Shown here: positions 23,564 through 35,783 of the stretch, piece after piece
How the letters are laid out: the number at the start of each line of letters is the position of its first letter
How positions within the stretch are numbered: the first letter of the stretch is position 1
DNA from: Phaeosaccion multiseriatum
Lineage: Eukaryota > Protista > Ochrophyta, other classes
DNA: 64,000 nucleotides
Assembly (NCBI GenBank): GCA_965112735.1
Contig: OZ218951.1
Location: 4,278,001 to 4,342,000, forward strand
Direction of reading: 5' to 3'
Made by a program: the position numbers and the translations under genes
The notes under the pieces: model-generated
Seen by the model: only the letters and a program-made list of their open reading frames with translations
What the model was told of the DNA's origin: nothing
The model's database searches: none

Positions 23564-26500
23564 TTAAATGTACGTCCCGGTTACCGCGAGAGCGCTTTTC
23601 TCCTTCCCGTTCCCGGTGCCGTTACGTGTCCGGCCGTGTCCGTTGGCGGGGCGTCCGTCTGACAAGTTGTAATCATCGGCGTCGTCGTAGCGCTTCCCCC
23701 ATGATGCGACTTTGGCCTCCTCCCCTGCGTCCTTGTTGTTGCCCATGAACTCGCTCTTGCTTCTTCGTTGAGCCTTCGCCGAGGGGTTGAAGGCTGAAGG
23801 TCGTGACAGAGACAAGGGAGAGAGAGACAGAGAACAGAGAGACAGAGAGGCAGAGAGAGAGAGAGAGAGAGAAGGCAGAAGGGAGCGGTTTTGGTTTTGG
23901 TGTCAAGGCGTAAGGCTTGGTGAGCGGGCGGGGAATCTCATCACCGTCAAAACAAACAAACAAACAAACAAAGATATCAAAGAACAATGTATTATCCATC
24001 CACTGCCAACCTCCACCCACAGCCACCGCAGCCACCACAGCCTCAAGTCAAACTCCCCACATCACACCACCCACACCCCCTACCCGGCGGGCGGCGAATG
24101 GGCTGCGTCCTGCGCGGTCCCGCCTGTGCTTGCGGCGACTTGTGGCCAGCGCCACCCCAGTGATGCACGGGGTTGACAGCTGTATCACTAACCGCTGTAC
24201 CACCAACCGGTGATGCGAGTGCTACTGCTGCCGGTGTGGATATCCCTGCGTTGCCATTGGCGTCGCCGCTGGAAGGGCTGAGGCCAAAGGGGTGTTGCTG
24301 GCGGTGGATGTTGTGGTTAGAGCGCTGTGTGGTTGGGGAGCCAGGTCCTCGTCCTTCGCGCACCCACTCTCCTTTGATGCGGTCCTTCGCTCAAACGAGC
24401 AGAGAGCAGACAGCAGAAGAGAGAGGAGAGGTGGATGGGAGGGAGGGAGAGTGGGTGGGTGGATAAGTGCATGGGTGAGTGAGGGGGTGGTGGATGGAGC
24501 GAGGCAACAACAACAACAACAACAACAACCCACAAAGATTACGTATGTCTGAGAGAATGGGATGGGGGACGAAAAGGCGTGTCCTGCTTCATCAACGGAC
24601 GAGGAGGATGAGCAACACGAAGGAGGCTCGGGTTTGGCTGCTTGTTTGGGGACGTGTGTCATTCCTATTACGGGTGTTATTGTGTTCTTGCCTCGACTCA
24701 CCTTGTCTCTCACGTCGCGGCAAATGACCAGCAAGGCCAACGCTGTGAAGAACAGGGGGATCGCACTAAGCGTGGCCCCCAGCGCCACCACCCACAGACC
24801 CGTGGTGCTTCTCTCGCACACCTGTGTGCAGACATAACACAGGCAGCGGGATGAGGATCCGAAGGCGGATGAAGGGAGTGAGGGAACACATAATACTTAT
24901 CGTAACGTACAACAGCACACCCCTAACACACACGCACACAAACACACGGACGCACAGACGCACCGCCTCGTTGATGATGGAGTCGAAGTAGGGGTTGACA
25001 ATGTCGCAGCTCAGGGACTCCCCCGCAGCATTACTCTCCACAATGATGCCATCGAGGTTGTTGCGAAGGGCAGTAAGGTCATCCACATGGGCAGGACACT
25101 CCCGAGTAAATTCCTCCGTGTCCACCTCATACGCCAGCAGCCGGCTCGTCTCCAAGAATATGCCGCCGACAAGCAGCTCCTCTCCCCAACTGGGGAGTGT
25201 CTCGCACGTGCTGTAGTAACGTGCCGTTTCGCGTGCCGCTTCGCCGCTCAATGCCTCGACAATGTTGCGTGTTGGGGCGATACAAAAGTCGGAAAAGTAA
25301 AGCAGGCCCACCACTGCCCCTGCCATCAGCGCCCACACTACCATCAGCATGAGTACAGTCAGTAACAAAAGCAGCGAGAGCCACAAGCAGTGGCCCCAGC
25401 TCCCGGTGTTGGGCATCTCCCCCTTCCAAAAGACACCCAAGTCGACACTCCTTGGGCGACTTTGACCAGCCACGGCTGCCGAAGGTACTGACACCCTTCC
25501 CGTGCCGGGGGCCGGCGATCGTCGAGTATGTCTGCTGGGGTCAACGAGCACCTTGCGAGAGAAGAGAAAGAGAGAGAGAGGGACGGAGAGGTGGGGGGGG
25601 GGTGAGAGAGTGAGGGAGGCAGAAGAGAGAGTGGGGGGTAGTTAATGTCAACTGAGAGAGGAGAGGCGAGAGATGGGGAGAGAGAGGGAGTGCTAGGCGA
25701 GAGAGGAAAGGAGGGAGGGTGTGCCGGGGTCATGTTAGTACCTTTCGACCGGAGCTACGGATGTAGGCGGTTCGTTGGTTGTAAGCGGTCTGTCTCCTCT
25801 TGGCATACAGCACGCTTGCAATGTACAAGAAAGCCAAAAGGACCTGAGGGAGGGAGGGACGGAGGAGTGAGTGAGTGACTGACCAAGTTGGTAATGGGTT
25901 GTTGAGTAAGTCGTGACGTAAGTTCCGTTCAGATCAGAGGGGTTTTCGAATCGTCAACTCCCTTCCTCCTTCTCTCAATCACTCACTCACTCACCCCTAA
26001 GCAGGAGATGCCCACCATGACGACATCCCTCGGCTGCTGCGTGTCATCAATGTCCTCGAGTCCGTCATTGACATTCGTCGCCCCTTTTGCCAGGTCCTCT
26101 TCCAAAAACCCATCCAAGGACTGCGCCGTCTGCTCCATCGAATATGCAAGTTTATCAAACTCTCCTGTGAACTTGGTGCACTGGGTCTGAATGCCCTCCA
26201 GCAGGGTGCGTGACTCCGCCACGGGCCCCACCATCGCCAATGCATTGGCCTGCACAGAGAGCAAGGCACCTGTGGCGGAGTAGACATTCGCTTCAAACAC
26301 TTCATACCCATTGTCCAGGATGAGGGAGCCCCATAGAGATAAGAGCCCCCCCACAAACGCCACGGCCCCGAAGACCAGCGTGAGCACCATGAGCACGCCA
26401 GGGGACAAGAAGCAGCAGAGGTATGCAATCTTGGGCCGCTGCCCCACATACTGAATATCACCACCACTCCCACCAGCACCGCCGGGCCCCCGTTGATAAG

Positions 26501-28736
26501 ACTTGCAGCATCGGATCGGCAGCACCACAAAGATGCACAGCGCACCCACGACTAAGACGGCGACGCCGGCGTAGAGAGTGTCCTTAAAGTAGACGTCAGT
26601 GGCCTCCCACTCGTTGCCCCCGCTCAGGCGCTTCCAGCCGTTCACCTCCTTCACCACCTGCGGGTTGGTTGTTTGGATTGCGTTGGGTTGGGTTGGGGTT
26701 CGGTAAGGGCCCCAAAGAACAAACGCGACGGAAGATTACATGGATGGGTGGGGGACGGGATGGCACTTGAAGGGTGAGTGCACCAACAATGGAACGCTAC
26801 GTAATACGTCGAATGTATGTATTTGAAGATGCATGGAGTGTACGATACAGCGCCTCTCCCTCCCACCTTGTTCGGCCCGTAGACGGCGGGCTCAAAGGCC
26901 AGCGACTGCACCAGCCACTCCGGGGCCAACGGGTCCAAGCAAGTCACATCCCGACTGGGGACAGAGAAAGAGCCTGGGGGTGGGAGTATCCCAGAGTGCA
27001 AGTGGTGGTGGTAGTGGGGTCGTGTTGGTGGCAGTGTGTTGGAGTGCAGCAGTAGAGCATACACACATAGGACAGGACAGGACATTACAGGTGGAGGCGA
27101 GCTCCGAGGGGTTCTCTCGCCGACTTACTCACCCGCGCACGTGTCGTCGGTTATGTCAGCAGAGGCGCAGTACTCGGGTTGGGTCTCCCTCGCCCAACAG
27201 TTGGCATCTCCAGACGCGGATACGGCGTAGATCCACGCGAAGGTGACTCTCTCCTCTCGGAGCACTCGGTTCAGCGCAGCGTTCTCGGTAGCTGACCTCG
27301 GAGCCTTGGGGGGGGGGGAGGGTGGATGGATGGCAGTGGATGGAGGGGAAGGGGATGAGAGGGGAACCCGACAAGAACGAAAGAGGGTATTCTTCTTCAC
27401 ACGACTTTCCTTACACGTGCATGTCCATCCACACACACTCACAGATGCTCGGGAATTTACAATAGTAACATGGTTAAAAAAAAAAAAAAAATGAAACTGC
27501 CACTCACCGCGAAGCTGTAGCCTTCAGGGCAGTCGGGGGTGGTGGTGAAGACGGAGGCGCTGTCCGACAGAGTCCAGTCTGTGCTGCGGTCAGAGTCGCT
27601 GGCACAGGCGTGGTGGTACGAAGGGGAGCTGAGGAGAGTGGGGTGACGGGAGGCAGAATAAGGGGGGTGGGGGAGGGGGAGGAGGAGGAGGAGGTGGAGG
27701 AGGAGGGTGGGGGAAGAGAAGGAGGGGAAAGGCGTTCGTCAGTGAAGAGCACGCCAATAAGCCAGTGGAGCCACTAGCCTAGGCTTCTAAGCAACCTCTG
27801 TGTGGTGCTGCCTGCTGCTGCTGCTCCTCTGCTACTGGTCGTGGTGCCTACTGCCCTCTGCTGCCATCCCCCCTTTCTCCCTCCCTCCCTCCCTCCCTCC
27901 CTCCTTAACTTACCCTATCCCGCATCTGCGGTCCCTCCACCTGCTGTCCTCGATCCAAGCAAAGGCACATACTTGCTCGGACTGGTCCCCACGTGGGTAG
28001 TCATCAAACCAGGACCAAATGGTCGACTTCAGCAGGCCTGCCAGGGTGGTGAGATAGAAGATGGGCGAGAGAGAAGGAGAGAGGGAAAGACGGAGAGAAG
28101 ACAGATACCAAAAAGAGAGAAAACAGAAAGAGGGAGAGCAGACAGATACGAAAAAATAGAGATAGGAGACAGATCAGAGAGAGAGAGAGTACAGAGAGAG
28201 CAGCCCCCTACTCCATCTACTGCCCTTTTACCCGCATCCATGCTGTTGAAGGAGGGCGCATGCCGCCTCTCCTCCATCTACTGTCATCCCCATCCTCCAT
28301 CCACAGCAACCCCCCTCCATCCACTGCCATCCCCTCTTACCTGCATCCATACTATCGAAGGTGGGGCTCATGCCGCACCTCATCACGGGCTGCACTTGCC
28401 CAACACTGAGAAAGTTGTCCACAAATTCGTCCTCGAAGAGCGTTACATTGTACACAAGCAGCTCAATACGGGTAGCGTCACCTGTGGATGAGGAGAGGAG
28501 GGAGCGAGTGGGGTAGTTGGTGATACGATGCAGCGGGCGACGGAAGGGGCAGTGGAGGGAGGGCGATGAGCATTTAGACACATGGCCTGCTCAGGGAACC
28601 AAACACTACCACTACAGCAACCTCCCCATCAGTAAGGGGAACTTACCCCCCACCTGATCCCCTCCATCCAGCTCCTACTACCTCCTCCTCTCCTCTCAGC
28701 TCGAACACTCTCCCGCCCCCCCCCCCTCCCTGTCTC

Positions 28737-28779
<43 letters not shown>

Positions 28780-28797
28780 CCCTCTCTCTGTCTCTCT

Positions 28798-28837
<40 letters not shown>

Positions 28838-30897
28838 TTTCTCACTCTCTCTCTCTCCATCTCTCTTCTCTCTCCCTCTCTCTTTATCTCCTCTCCTCTC
28901 CTCTTTCTTACCCTGCACTCTGGTGAACTCCGGATTGGGCTGCGGGGTGCCGTTACAGTCACTACGCTCAAAAAATTGGGCGCCAATCGTCTCCTCCACG
29001 CCTGCGCCCATATGCCCCCCGCATGTTGGATGATCCACAAAAGCCGAATTGAGCATGAATGGGTGTGAAGAATGAGTGTGAATGGGCGGGACGGCATGTT
29101 CCAGGCAGGCGTAAGGGCACAAGGGTAGCCAAGCATATGGGAGACAGGCAGGCAGTGGTTGTGACGTACCGTCGTCAAATCTGCTAAACACCAAGGTGGA
29201 GGCAACATCGGCGAAGAAGATGAGTTGTTTGCCTGTTGGAGGGGGTCGCGTCCCATAGAGGGCACACACACACGCACACACAGAGAGAGAGATGGGAGAG
29301 AGGGGGCGGAGATGGAAGACACGAATGAGCAAAGGTGCCAAGGGTAGGGGTGGAAGACTGGCGAATGAAGGCCAACATCCCCCTCCCTGTCTGTCTGCCT
29401 GTCTATCTGCCCGTCTATTTGCCTGCCTGCCCATATGCCTGCCTACCCGTATGATACCTGCCTCTACCCTAATCTGAAGGTGCACCGACCTGACTGGAGC
29501 ATATCAGCGGGTGACGGCCATGCCCCATCCTCCCCCCTGTCCCCTGGGCCGAAGACAATTTCAGCCCCGAACACATCTCTAATGGCGTCTGAGACAAGCT
29601 CGTCCTGTCCTTCCATGAAGGAATCAAGCTTTATGAACAGCACTTCATTGACGTTGGCGCTGGAGCTCAGCCACTGCTCCACCTCCTGAAACGTCTCTGA
29701 GAGAGGGAGGAGGAGGAGGGGGGGAGAGGGGGAGAGGGTAAGACAAGAGACGCACACACAAGAGATACAAAACAGAGGGCGGGACAAGAGAACGAGACAG
29801 AGACATTGGGGGAGGGAGAGAGAGACAGAGCGAGAGCGAGAGGGAGAGACGAGAGACGAGAGAGAGAGCACCTCCTCGTCTTCCTTCTCCGTTCTTTCCT
29901 GTCCTCTACAATTGTACCCTGCCGCACACCTGTGCCCATACACCTCGATCCCTACCCGACCCTCACACCCTGCCCTCCACCCCTCCACCCCTCCAACCCA
30001 CCCCCTCACTCACTCACCCACTCACTCCCTCACTCACTCACCCGTAAGCGTTTGTGCCTTATCCACGTCGCACCCCGCCCCATTCTCGCCAAAGTCCCTC
30101 AGTCCGCAGGCCTCACACACCTCCCACCCCAGCGCCCCGCACAACTCGTCTATTTCCTGGGCCGCCTCCTGACCAGCGTGGCACACATAGGTGGTGTCGG
30201 TGGTGGTGGTGGTGTTGGTTTCCGGGTCAGTGCTGCTGATGCGCAAGAGGTGGGGGTCGAGCTCTAGTCCACGGACGCCCAGGCACTCGAGCTGAGTGGT
30301 GATGCTGTGCAGCTGTTGGGCGGAAGGGAGGTGGGGGAGGGAGGGAGGGAGGGAGAGAGGGAGGGAGGTCAGAGGGACGGTCACTTCTCGTGTGCGCTGT
30401 TTAGCTCCCCCCACCAAACTCTGGCAGGGACTTTTTAGGTCGCAAATTATGTTTGTGAGCTCGCTCACGCTTCCCTCTGTGGGCTACAACCCGAACCATA
30501 CGCACCCCAAGCAGGCGTGGGGAGGGAAGCGCGGCCCTCTGCTCGCGTCCCTCACCCAAGCAGAAATCAGTGTTCCCCAAATTAAAGGACCAGGAACGTT
30601 CTCCTCAATCTCTGGTGAATGAGAGGATCGGAGGATCAAGGTCTTTCCCTCCGCTTGCCTCCTTACCTGGTTGGGAACCTTCTCGAACACGGAGCTCGTG
30701 TCGTAATTGTTGAAGCTGTTGTGGGTCGCCACAAACGTTAACTCCGAGATCGGGATATCATAGCCAAGGTAAGCCTGCAGCGAAGTGGCCCTCAGGAGCC
30801 ACGCCGGGGAGCCTGTCTGTGCGTCTACGACAGCCACCATCATCACCACGGCCAAGGACGCTGCCCGGTGCAGCAGGAGTGCTCCCATAGTTGACAT
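23564..30897 (-). CDS. Fusion protein: signal peptide + PLC-like phosphodiesterase + C-type-lectin-like domain + Tweety five-TM domain (~16 exons)
   Basis: PLC-like: ATHNSFN...PNQ|LHSITTQLECLGVRGLELDPH. Lectin-like: IWSW...CAF...RWRDRRC...HAC...FA|APRSATENAAL...AWI. Tweety: PEWLVQ, TM1-RCC, SDFCIAP, YYSTC, LSCDIVNPYFDSIINEA|VCERSTTGL. All GT-AG junctions I checked keep the frame. Confidence 0.8.
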
Positions 30898-31230
30898 TCC
30901 CCACTAAGGCGCTTGTGGTGAGCGTGGGGGCAATAAATTCTCCTTGGAAGTTGGCCAACGGCAACAACGAAGAAGAGCGTCAGCGTCGCTCCTTTCGCGG
31001 CGATCTTGCTCTCCACATGCCGCCAAGCCTAACCCGACGCTGTGATACTTCTTTTTCTCTTGTTAAAGCTTAACTTCTCTCTCCATCATCATAACTCCTG
31101 CTCGAAGGCTGGGACAGAAGAATACAGAAATACTCCCCTTTAACAGCCCACTCTCATATACTTGTTGACTTATTCTGGTTTAATTTTTTGTTTTTTGCCA
31201 CCCCATTATTGGGCCGCCTTTTGCTTTTTC

Positions 31231-33360
31231 ATGATGGGCGCTCATTCACTCCCGCATTGCTGGGTGATCGTCTCGCTACTGCTGTTGGTGGTGGTCGTTC
31301 AGCAGCAGTATGCCCAGGCGTTCAGCTGTGGGGGAGGGATGAGAATGGGGCTGGGCGGGGTGAAGGGCTCATCGATGGTAGATCGAAGAGCGACCTTGCG
31401 CGGATTGCTCAGTGCAGGCGCTGCCTCTGCAGCAGCAGCTACAGTAGTGCTTGGCACTCCAGTCTGGGCAGAGGAGGCCAAGGAAGAGGTGACAGACAAG
31501 GTGTACATTGACTTCTCCATTGGTGCCGAGGAAGCAGGGAGGGTGGTGATTGGATTGTTTGGCAAGCAGGCGAAGGACAGCGTTCGGAACTTCCTAACGG
31601 GTGAGAGAAAGCAAAGGCTTTTGAGAGACTTAAGTTCTCCGCTTCATGACCTCTAAGGCTCTCATTCCCTGCTCAGTTGTGGAAGGCTCCTATTGCTACT
31701 CAGTAGTGTGTCCTTGCTTGATTCAATAATCGGCCCTCGTGTTTGTTTGTGATCATGCACAGTGGCTGAGGGGAAGATGACAAAAGGGGGTAACAACTAC
31801 GATCAGTCATTAGTGACCATGATTGACGAAGGGACAGGACGCATTGATCTAGGTAAGTCCCTTCTTTCGACTTCTACTAGTATTTTCTACTGAATATGAA
31901 GTATCGCCCGCTTGACCCACACAGCCCAACATATTCTTTGACACATCTCTCTCTCTCACTCTCTCTCTGTCTGTCTCTCTCTGTCTGTCTCTCTCCGGCC
32001 CGGCTGCACAGGGCGAATTCCTGCCGGCAAAGACAAGTACGAGGTGCGAAAGATTGACGCCACGGGGCGGGTGAGGAGGACGCAGAGGTGCTACGGGGAG
32101 GAGCTCGTGAGCTACGACCTGCCTCTTCTCAAGCACGACAAGGCAGGGAGGGTTTCCATTGCTAGGTATGTATGTGTTGTGTTGTTGTACTGCCTTTGAC
32201 TAGGTACAGGGGAACGAATGAACGTCTCGCAGTTGGGCTGGGCTCAGGCTCTCTCCCCTCTTTGCCCTCAATGTCAAAGTAAGCAAGCACGCAAGTATGA
32301 AGGGCGGTCTGCACCTAAATTATGCCTACTCTGTCACTCTGGCGGCCTGGCAAAACCCCCTCTTTCTCTCCATTTCTCGTCCGTCCGACTCGCTGCTGCT
32401 GACGGCTCGCACATTCTCTCTCTACCCTCTGTTACATGCACAATGAATGAATAACGGATGGATCCAAGTGGGGGAGGATCCTTCGACTTTACCATCTCAA
32501 CGGCCCCCAACCCTGCTCTGGATAAAGGCAACATGATCGTGTTTGGACAAGTCATGTCAGGCATGGACGTGCTGGACAAGCTTCTTCAAGGTAAGCAAAA
32601 GCATGCATGCATGCAAGCAAGCAAGCAAGCAATGCAAGAAAGAAAGCAATAAGGGCTTTCTCCTTTCAACTCGTCCTTGATTGTCCCTGGAGCCTTTCCG
32701 TTTACTCTCTACTCGAGTCAGTGTCAGTGGTGGTGATAAGACTTGTGTGTGGTTTTCTACCCGTCCCACCCACCCGTAGACAAGCCTTCGGTGCGAAGGT
32801 TTGTTCAGATGTCGTCATGTGACCTCACCTCGATCAACGCAGCGAATGAAGAGGAGCAGGACATGGACCCACCGCACCGCCGATAAGCACACTCCCTCCC
32901 ACTCCCTCCCGCTTTTCCTCTCTCTCTTTCTTTCGTTCTTCCTTTCTGGTGTGTTTTACGTTGTTTTTATTGGTACTTCGCTTGAACGCCTCTCTCACCC
33001 TCTCTCCTCTCTCTGCGGCCCCTCTTTTCTTTCTTGTCTCTATATCCCTCTTTTGTCTCTCTCTCTTCCCCTCTGCACCCTCTCTCTCTTATTTCCCTCT
33101 TAACTCTCTGGTCTCTTCGTCTCCTCCCTCCATCTTCTTTCCCTCCCCTCTCTCTCGTTCTCTCTCTCTCTCTGTGATTCATTTGCTTACTCTTCTGATT
33201 CTTCTGCCTCCGAACGCCAGTTGCGGTGAGCAAAGAGGATCCATTGGGCTCCAAGCAATCGTTCGCCGCAGCAGGGAGGGGATTCGACCCTCGAGCCAAG
33301 TTGGCGTCGGTTAACAAGCCGCTCATCAAGGTTACCATGGCTAAGGTAGGCAAGCTCTGA
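31231..33360 (+). CDS. Thylakoid-lumen cyclophilin-type PPIase (CYP26-2-like), 5 exons
   Basis: Signal peptide AQA-F, twin-Arg RRATL plus hydrophobic stretch ending VWA. Mature part has VTDKVYIDFSIG..GRVVIGLFG, LKHDKAGRVS, IVFGQVMSGMDVL and DPRAK...KPLIKVTMAKVGKL*. Confidence 0.85.
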
Positions 33361-33630
33361 CGATGGATCACCAACAGCAGTATGTGTGGCAGTCGGGTGA
33401 AATACACCTGGCGCCTGTCGCACGCACGAGGAAGGGATCAACTAGAGCAAGTACGAGTATATTCGGTAGTAACGTCCTCCCTCAAGGGGGGATTCTGACT
33501 ACTATATTCTATATATATACATGAAGATGGAAGAGTTTTAGAGAGAAGCCCGAATTTTTTTTCGCACTTGCGCACTGCGCATTCAGAGAACTCTTAATAA
33601 TGCAATATAACCGTACGTGACCGCACACCA

Positions 33631-33862
33631 TCGGCCCCTGACATGGTTCTGAGAAAGGCCAGCCCAGAACCAGGAACAAGGCCGGCTGGCACCGGCCAGA
33701 ACCAGGAACCAGGGTGCCTCAGAACCATGTCATCGGTCCCTGACATGCTTCTGAGAGAGGCCAGCCCAGAAGCGGGAAGCAGGCCGGCTGGCGCCGGCCA
33801 GAAGCAGGAAGCAGGCCCTCTGGCGCCGGCCAGAAGCAGGAACGAAGCATGTCAGGGGCCGA
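33631..33862. mobile_element. MITE-like foldback element built of two palindromic units
   Basis: Perfect 15-bp terminal IR TCGGCCCCTGACATG (33631-33645) / CATGTCAGGGGCCGA (33848-33862). An internal ~105-bp unit is duplicated, with repeated GGCCAGAA(C/G)CAGGAA. Confidence 0.6.
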
Positions 33863-33932
33863 ATGTCATAAGCCCCGAAGGAAGGACTTTATTGACTTAA
33901 TAGGAATCACCTAAGAAACTGAAAGTGTGAAA

Positions 33933-35435
33933 GTGTGTGTGTGTGTGTGTGTGTGTGTGTAGGTGTCGCTGTGTCTCCGGGGCCCTCGAGGGGCCGGTTA
34001 CTCCCCCTCTAGGGCGGGGAGGGGGAGTGCGGGACCGGCTCCGCGGTTGAGCCGACCCAGGAAGGCGCGCTCCCGCTCCGAGAGCCACATCTGGTGGCTG
34101 CAGCTGACGAGGCGGCGTAGTCTTGTCAGGACGTGGCCCTTGGTGGTGGAGGAGCCCGTGCGGCCAGTGCGGGTGACCACGTGCTCGGCGAGTGCGTGCA
34201 GGAGCGATTGCGCCTGTGCGCCGAGTCGGCCGTGGGTCTCGATGGCGAAGGTGGAGAGGCGAACACGCTCTCGGTCGTAGGTGCCCCTGTAGTGTCGCTC
34301 CTTGCGGGTCTCGCTGTTGGCGGCTGCCGCTCCCGGTCTAATGTCCGTGCGGAGCACATTCAAGGCCGTCCTGCAGAGGTTGTTGCTCAGGGTTAGGTCA
34401 AGCATGTGCGCCGGGTGGGCAAAGGTTGGGTCGCGGGCTCCGGAGAGGGCGCCTCGGGGGAGGGTGGCGTCCATGCGGAAGGTCCGGGCGATGTTGTGCG
34501 GGGGGTTGAAGAACTCCGAGCTCTCGTGTCCGACGCGGGAAACGTAGTTCTGCTTGAACATGTCCTCGACGGAGGAGAGCACCCCGGTGTGGTAGAGAGT
34601 GCTCTGGTTGGGGCACTGGATGGCGTGAGAGGAGTCGGCGCGTGTGTTGCAGCGGGTGCAGACTAGTGCGTCGGGTTCTCCAGGGCTGTAGAGGCAGTTG
34701 ATGCCGAGGGAGCGTCGTAGGGCCCCTACCATGTCTTGGGCCGGCATGGAGACCTGTCCAGGTGAGGTGGCGATGAAGCCCATGGCCCCGTCGCTGCTCT
34801 GGCTCAGGTGCCGAGACTTGGCCTGTCGGCGAGACTCCATGCCGGTATCGGCAGCAGCAGCGTCGTCGGGGAGTCGGTCCAGTGAGGCGCGGTACTTGTC
34901 CCGGCGTTGCGGCGCTAGGCATCTCTGCAGGGCGCGCTGCGTCTGCTGCTGCGGGGCCCAGTTGCCCTGGGCGAGGCTGGTGTCGAAGGCGTCCTCGGCT
35001 CGTTGGCGGTCCGCTGCTGAGGTGAGCGCGAGGTTGACCAGGGGGAGGGGGAGATTCATCTCCAGGTCTTGTCGGGAGAGGGTCCCGTCTTCGGCGGCGG
35101 CCTGGATGGTGGTGACGATGTTTTGGACGGAGCTACTCTGGCGGAGGGCTGGGGCGAGGTCGCGTAGGTCCGCCTCTGGCCAGATGGCTCCCGGTGTGAC
35201 CACTGACTGGACCTCCTCCTGCTCACGAAGTCACTTACGCCAAAACTCCAGTACTATCTGCGCGGTGCCGCCCCCGGCCTGACGACCAACACCATTGCCT
35301 CCCCCGGCGACGCCCTCAGCCTCGCCGTCGGAGAGGCCCTACTCCAACTCCCAGGAGCGGACACCATCGGAGACATCATCGCCAGCGCACCCTCGGACCG
35401 ACTGTCGCACCTTCAGCTCGCCTCACACCAGCACA
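33933..35435 (-). mobile_element. 5'-truncated, 5'-inverted non-LTR retrotransposon of the RLE type (CRE-like)
   Basis: ORF 35203-33998 has a CxxC-H-C knuckle (CTRCNTRADSSHAIQC) and restriction-like endonuclease motifs (RMD...LDLT...ETRKERHY...FAIETHGRLG). (CA)n run at the 3' end (33933-33961). An RT-thumb-like piece LLLTKSLTPKLQYYLRG lies on the opposite strand at 35213-35435. Confidence 0.82.
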
Positions 35436-35783
35436 GATGTCAACCTGTGAGTCCCCAAATTGAACAACCAACTTACTTACGGTTGGCATTTCCGATTTTC
35501 CGCTGCGCATCGCATTTCCGATCGCATCGCCTGCACGTTTGCAGCACCTATCATGCTATGCGTCTGCTTCGCTACTACGTTCTAGCAAGTAAATAACGCC
35601 GGACTTGACCTTTGTGATCGTTGCTCCCAGATTTGCTGCGAAGAAGACGACACACTGTTGTTAGCAGCCGAGGACGAAGGGAGCCAGGCTGCTGCTGAGG
35701 ACAAAAGGACTTCCTGCTGCCTGCCGAGGAGACTAGCAAGACCGCTACTCACATACTTAGGAGGGAACGGAGGAAGGAGAGAG

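Noticed and set aside
32450-32470. Non-canonical acceptor in the cyclophilin gene
   Set aside because: A canonical AG in CCAAG|TGGG a few bases downstream keeps the frame.
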